From: an uncultured Bacteriovoracaceae bacterium
GTDB lineage: Bacteria > Bdellovibrionota > Bacteriovoracia > Bacteriovoracales > Bacteriovoracaceae
Direction of reading: 5' to 3'
NCBI GenBank assembly: GCA_964012805.1
Contig: CAXGUD010000017.1
Coordinates: 20,892 to 84,891 of the forward strand
DNA: 64,000 bases
The notes below the pieces were generated by a model, which saw nothing but the letters and a program-made list of their open reading frames with translations, was not told the origin of the DNA and searched no databases. This document shows, piece after piece, positions 59,976 through 64,000 of this stretch. The translations under genes and the position numbers were made by a program. Within the stretch, counting starts at the first letter, position 1. Every line of letters begins with the position of its first letter.

Positions 59976-60626
59976 TTATTGCTTACTTGCCATTTTTGAG
60001 ACCTCTTCAGCAAGATTATCTTGCTTTTTTTCGATCCCTTCTCCGAGGTTCCACTTGATAAACCTTCTTATAGAAATCTTTTCACCCAATTTAAGAGTTA
60101 ACTCATTGACTAGGTCATTAATTGTGAGATCTGTATTTTTAACGAATTTCTGGTCACAAAGACAAACTTCTTCAGCAAGTTTACTTAGTTTACCTTCAAC
60201 TATTTTTGGAATAATTTTTTCAGGCTTACCTTCATCTTTAAGCTGAGCTGTCCATATTTCAACTTCTTTATCTTTAAAGGTCTGATCCATCTCGTCAGCT
60301 TTAACGAACTTTGGATCTGCAGCAGCAATATGCATAGCTACATCATGAACAAAGTTTTTAAAGTCATCATTCTTAGCAACAAAATCTGTTTCACAATTCA
60401 CTTCCAAAAGAACACCAATTCTTCCACCGTGAATATATGAGTGAACGATACCTTCTGCTGCTACGCGACTTTGCTTTTTCTCAGCAGCTGCGAGTCCCTT
60501 CTTTCTTAAAAACTCAATGGCCTTTTCTAAGTTTCCATCACATTCAGATAAAGCTTTTTTACAATTCATCATGCCCGCACCAGTTTTTTCTCTGAGGGCT
60601 TTTACATCACTTGCGTTTATAGACAT
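59976..60626 (-). CDS. tsf: Elongation factor Ts (short form)
   Basis: LREKTGAGMMNCKKAL, EVNCETDFVA; 216 aa short type. Confidence 0.98.
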   Translation of the reverse strand: MSINASDVKALREKTGAGMMNCKKALSECDGNLEKAIEFLRKKGLAAAEKKQSRVAAEGIVHSYIHGGRIGVLLEVNCETDFVAKNDDFKNFVHDVAMHIAAADPKFVKADEMDQTFKDKEVEIWTAQLKDEGKPEKIIPKIVEGKLSKLAEEVCLCDQKFVKNTDLTINDLVNELTLKLGEKISIRRFIKWNLGEGIEKKQDNLAEEVSKMASKQ

Positions 60627-60648
60627 TTTTTCCTCTCAATTTAAAATC

Positions 60649-61446
60649 TTATTCTTCTTCTTTTAAATCAATATCATTTTCATACTTAGAAATTATTTCT
60701 TTTTCTAAAGCAGCATCCCGTTCAACTTTTGTTTGACCTGACTTCTTGCTCTTAGAAGCAGCTACACTTCCACCCTCAACAACAGAGTTAGAGAAGTAGC
60801 TTGTAAAAAGAACTATTGATTTAATTGCATCATCATTACCAGGAACAACATAATCAACTCCCTCAGGGTCACAGTTTGTATCTGTAACTGCAATTACCGG
60901 AATCCCAAGAGTATTTGCCTCTCTAATAGCAATTCTTTCATTGTTTGGATCAACAACAAAAATTGCTCCTGGAAGTTTTCTCATGTCCTTGATTCCACCG
61001 AGGTTTTTTTCAAGTTTAATGACATCTTTTTCTATCTTCGAACGTTCTTTTTTAGTAAGAAGCTCAAAGTCACCAGTCTCTTTCATTTTTTCTACTTTTC
61101 TTAGTTTATCTATAGAAAGAGCAATTGTTTTAAAGTTTGTTAACATCCCACCTAACCACCGGTGTGTAATATGATAAGCACCGCAATCTTTTGCTGCCAT
61201 CTTAACAGTTTCTGAAGCCTGTCTCTTCGTCCCTACAAATAAAATCGGCTTACCCTCTGATGAGACCTTTTTCATAAAGTCATACGCTTTTTTAGCAAGA
61301 GGAATAGTCTTAGCTAAATCAACGATATAAATACCGTTTCTTTCTCCAAAAATGTATTGTTTCATTTTTGGGTTCCACTTGTGGGTCTGGTGACCGAAGT
61401 GTGCCCCTGCTTCTAAAAGGCTTTGTAAAGTTAACTCGTTACTCAT
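60649..61446 (-). CDS. rpsB: 30S ribosomal protein S2
   Basis: LLEAGAHFGHQ, WNPKM, RWLGGMLTN, DTNCDP, PGNDDAIKS. Confidence 0.99.
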   Translation of the reverse strand: MSNELTLQSLLEAGAHFGHQTHKWNPKMKQYIFGERNGIYIVDLAKTIPLAKKAYDFMKKVSSEGKPILFVGTKRQASETVKMAAKDCGAYHITHRWLGGMLTNFKTIALSIDKLRKVEKMKETGDFELLTKKERSKIEKDVIKLEKNLGGIKDMRKLPGAIFVVDPNNERIAIREANTLGIPVIAVTDTNCDPEGVDYVVPGNDDAIKSIVLFTSYFSNSVVEGGSVAASKSKKSGQTKVERDAALEKEIISKYENDIDLKEEE

Positions 61447-61460
61447 AAAAACTCCTATTC

Positions 61461-61515
61461 ACTAAGATGGTTGATTTCACCGCCTGGAACTGCAATCACG
61501 CACAGACCATCTAGT
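61461..61515 (-). promoter_or_regulatory. Structured rpsB 5' leader (candidate autoregulatory RNA)
   Basis: Nested complementary segments 61461-61471/61506-61515 and 61472-61479/61491-61498, directly upstream of the AGGAG SD. Confidence 0.45.
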
Positions 61516-61625
61516 CGACGGCTACTAGTTAAGTAGAGAAAAATACTCTCTAATGAAGCCTTACTAACTAACATAGTCAAAATAAAGGAGCAAGTTTCTT
61601 TATGGACTTTATGAGATGTAAATAG

Positions 61626-63872
61626 TTATAAATCAATTTTATTGTTTAATACTTTTCTTGGTTTAGGGCCATCAGCTTTGCCAACGATTCCTCTAGACTC
61701 CATTTCTTCGATAAGGTTTGCGGCCCTGTTATACCCTATCTTCAACCGCCTTTGAAGCATTGACGCACTAGCTAAATTATGTGTCATTACAATGCTCAAA
61801 GCTTCCTCAAATAACTCATCTACTTTTTCCTGAACTTCCCCCCTACCACCATGAATCCGACTCTCATCAAAGCCATCTCCATTTTCTAGGAAGTCTATAA
61901 TGTTTTTATTAAAGCTTTGGGGTATTCCCTCTAAACCATCCAATAAAAACTCTATTTCCTTTTCTGCAACAAAAGCAGAGTGAACCCTAGATGTTTCAAT
62001 CCCGGATTTAAAAAGCATATCCCCTTTACCCAGTAGAAACTCGGCTCCCATTGAGTTCAAAATAGTTCTAGAATCAACACTCGTTGAAACTTTAAAAGAT
62101 ACTCTTGTAGGAAAGTTAGATTTAATTAACCCGGTAATAACATCCACCGAAGGTCTTTGGGTTGCTAAAACAAGGTGAATCCCCGAAGCTCTAGCTTTAG
62201 CAGCAAGCCGACACACCATATTCTCAATATCCTTCCCATTTTTACTTAATATTAAGTCTGCAAACTCATCCACAACAACGACTAAATATGGAAGAAAAAA
62301 GTCCTTAGCATCTGGATCATAATAAGCCTGAATGTTCTTTATTAATTCAGGTGATAAGCCATTTTTTACCTTTTCATTAAAACCATCTATGCTTCGCACA
62401 GAAAGTTCTTTTAAAATACTATACCGGCGCTCCATCTCCTGAATGACCCAAGAAAAAGCAACTTTTGCTTTAGAGGACTCTGTTACAACAGGCATAATAA
62501 GGTGAGGAAGACTCTCGTAAAGAGCGAATTCAAGCTGTTTCGGATCTACAAGAAGCAGTTTTAAATTATTAGGTGTATTTTTAACCATGAGAGAAACTAA
62601 AAGAGAATTGAGGAATACGGACTTACCAGCACCAGTTGCCCCAGCAACTAACATGTGGGGCATAGATCGGAGGTCTGAAATAAATATATCGCCAAAAGCA
62701 TTTTTCCCCATTGCAATTAATAAGGGAGACGGATCATTTAGAAACTGCTCTGACTCTAATAAACTTTTTAGAAAGATAACCTCTCTAGGAGTTCTGGGAA
62801 CTTCAATACCTATTGTAGTCCTGCCTTTCATCGGGTAAACGATTCGAATAGGTGCTCCATAAAGGGCCATACTTAAGTCTTGAATATGATTGTTTACTCT
62901 TGATACCTTAACACCGGGCCCAAGCTCTAATTCAAAAGTATCAACGACTGGCCCTTTCAAAACATTAATTACACCACCATCAATTTTAAACTCACCTAAT
63001 TTACCCTCTATTCTCTGTATAATTTCATCAAAGTAATCGTCATTAGGAGCTTCCACAAGCTTCTTATCGGGAAATGATTTTATTAAACCTTGAATAATTT
63101 CCTTGTACCGGTCTTCATTTGTTAGTTTCGTCTCACTCTGAGAAAGCTTTTCTGGTAATTGGTTATTTATTTTTACCTTTTGTCTCTTTATTTTCTTTTT
63201 ATCTTTCTGTTTAAAATCTCGATTTAAAGGAAGATCCTTCTTTTCTAAGCTACCCTTTAAAAAAGAGGATAATTTTACGGTAATTTTTGACTTATAGTTT
63301 AGTAAACTGTCCTTCCGTCCATAGAACCACTTGAATAATTTTCTTCTTTCACCCTGATTACCCTGCTTTTCAAAACTAAACAGGCTTTTTAGTGATTCTT
63401 TGAAACTAGGTTTCTCGGTATGGGATTTTAACCTCAAGAAAAAAGTAAAAAGGTTAAAAAATAGAGCGGTAAAAAATAAGCCTAACTGTGCAAATAAAGA
63501 AAATGTTTTTTCGACTAAATAAATAAGCCCCGGTCCAACAAGGTCTGGCAAGACCCATACTGAGAAAATAAGGCTCCAAACAAGTAAAGGTAAAAGACTG
63601 AGTGAATCAATGAGCTTTTCTTCCTTTGAAGCAACAAAACTATAAAATAAGGTAAAAAGAAGAAACGGAAAAAATAGCCAAGGTCCTAAAAAAAAGCCTG
63701 CGAAAACCAGACAAGAATAAGAGTAAAATGAAAGAGGGTTAAAGGAGCCAAAAGAAGAACTTATTGAGAAATAATTATCTGGAATAGAGTCCTGAAAAGC
63801 AAAATAGAAGGCAGATACTAAAGTCAAAAAGCATAAAGCAAACAACTGAAATTTAAGGATTTTTCCGACCAT
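61626..63872 (-). CDS. ftsK: DNA translocase FtsK
   Basis: N-terminal TMs, GIEVP, PHMLVAGATGAGKS, VVDEFADL, LATQRPSVDVITG and a C-terminal gamma domain (LQRRLKIGYNRAA). Confidence 0.97.
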   Translation of the reverse strand: MVGKILKFQLFALCFLTLVSAFYFAFQDSIPDNYFSISSSFGSFNPLSFYSYSCLVFAGFFLGPWLFFPFLLFTLFYSFVASKEEKLIDSLSLLPLLVWSLIFSVWVLPDLVGPGLIYLVEKTFSLFAQLGLFFTALFFNLFTFFLRLKSHTEKPSFKESLKSLFSFEKQGNQGERRKLFKWFYGRKDSLLNYKSKITVKLSSFLKGSLEKKDLPLNRDFKQKDKKKIKRQKVKINNQLPEKLSQSETKLTNEDRYKEIIQGLIKSFPDKKLVEAPNDDYFDEIIQRIEGKLGEFKIDGGVINVLKGPVVDTFELELGPGVKVSRVNNHIQDLSMALYGAPIRIVYPMKGRTTIGIEVPRTPREVIFLKSLLESEQFLNDPSPLLIAMGKNAFGDIFISDLRSMPHMLVAGATGAGKSVFLNSLLVSLMVKNTPNNLKLLLVDPKQLEFALYESLPHLIMPVVTESSKAKVAFSWVIQEMERRYSILKELSVRSIDGFNEKVKNGLSPELIKNIQAYYDPDAKDFFLPYLVVVVDEFADLILSKNGKDIENMVCRLAAKARASGIHLVLATQRPSVDVITGLIKSNFPTRVSFKVSTSVDSRTILNSMGAEFLLGKGDMLFKSGIETSRVHSAFVAEKEIEFLLDGLEGIPQSFNKNIIDFLENGDGFDESRIHGGRGEVQEKVDELFEEALSIVMTHNLASASMLQRRLKIGYNRAANLIEEMESRGIVGKADGPKPRKVLNNKIDL

Positions 63873-63951
63873 TTAAGCCTTTATGTGAAGGACAAAGTTA
63901 TAATACCATTTAATCCTAATGAGGCATAAGATAGTTGTCTAGAAATTAGGC

Positions 63952-63986
63952 AAAAAAAAACCCCAGTGTTTCCACTGGGGTTTTTT
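63952..63986. terminator. Rho-independent terminator (bidirectional form) of a gene outside the window
   Basis: A9-CCCCAGTG-tttc-CACTGGGG-T6. Confidence 0.88.
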
Positions 63987-64000
63987 AATAATAGGTACAT

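Noticed and set aside
59976..60626. EF-Ts shorter than the E. coli protein, possibly truncated
   Set aside because: The short EF-Ts form of about 200 aa is a known natural type, and the ORF has intact ends and a terminator.

Overview
An AT-rich bacterial chromosomal segment. Gene content and order point to Bdellovibrionota, probably a Bacteriovorax/Halobacteriovorax relative (inference). It is mostly core genome: metH (5'-truncated), psd, htrA, a Yej-type peptide ABC transporter, groES-groEL, polA, trxA, gmhA, addB-addA, hslO, a FadF-like Fe-S oxidoreductase, hisC, tig, truA, pssA, the rpsB-tsf-pyrH-frr-uppS-cdsA-rseP-tsaB block and ftsK. The most conspicuous system is a 10-kb Agl-Glt-type gliding/envelope motor locus (22310-32426): TolQ plus two TolR genes converging on a beta-barrel, three TPR genes, a CglF-like gene and an FHA/TonB-C gene. 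Less obvious signals are a sigma54 promoter with an IHF-like site and upstream palindrome driving an HTH-wHTH-LhgO unit, two apparent pseudo-enzymes (a Psd paralogue without its pyruvoyl Ser next to pssA, and an alkaline-phosphatase-fold lipoprotein without catalytic residues), an AddA that carries its own 4-Cys Fe-S-type motif, and three exported unknown proteins. I saw no rRNA, tRNA, CRISPR array, transposase, integrase or prophage gene. All calls come from motif recognition by eye; no searches were run.
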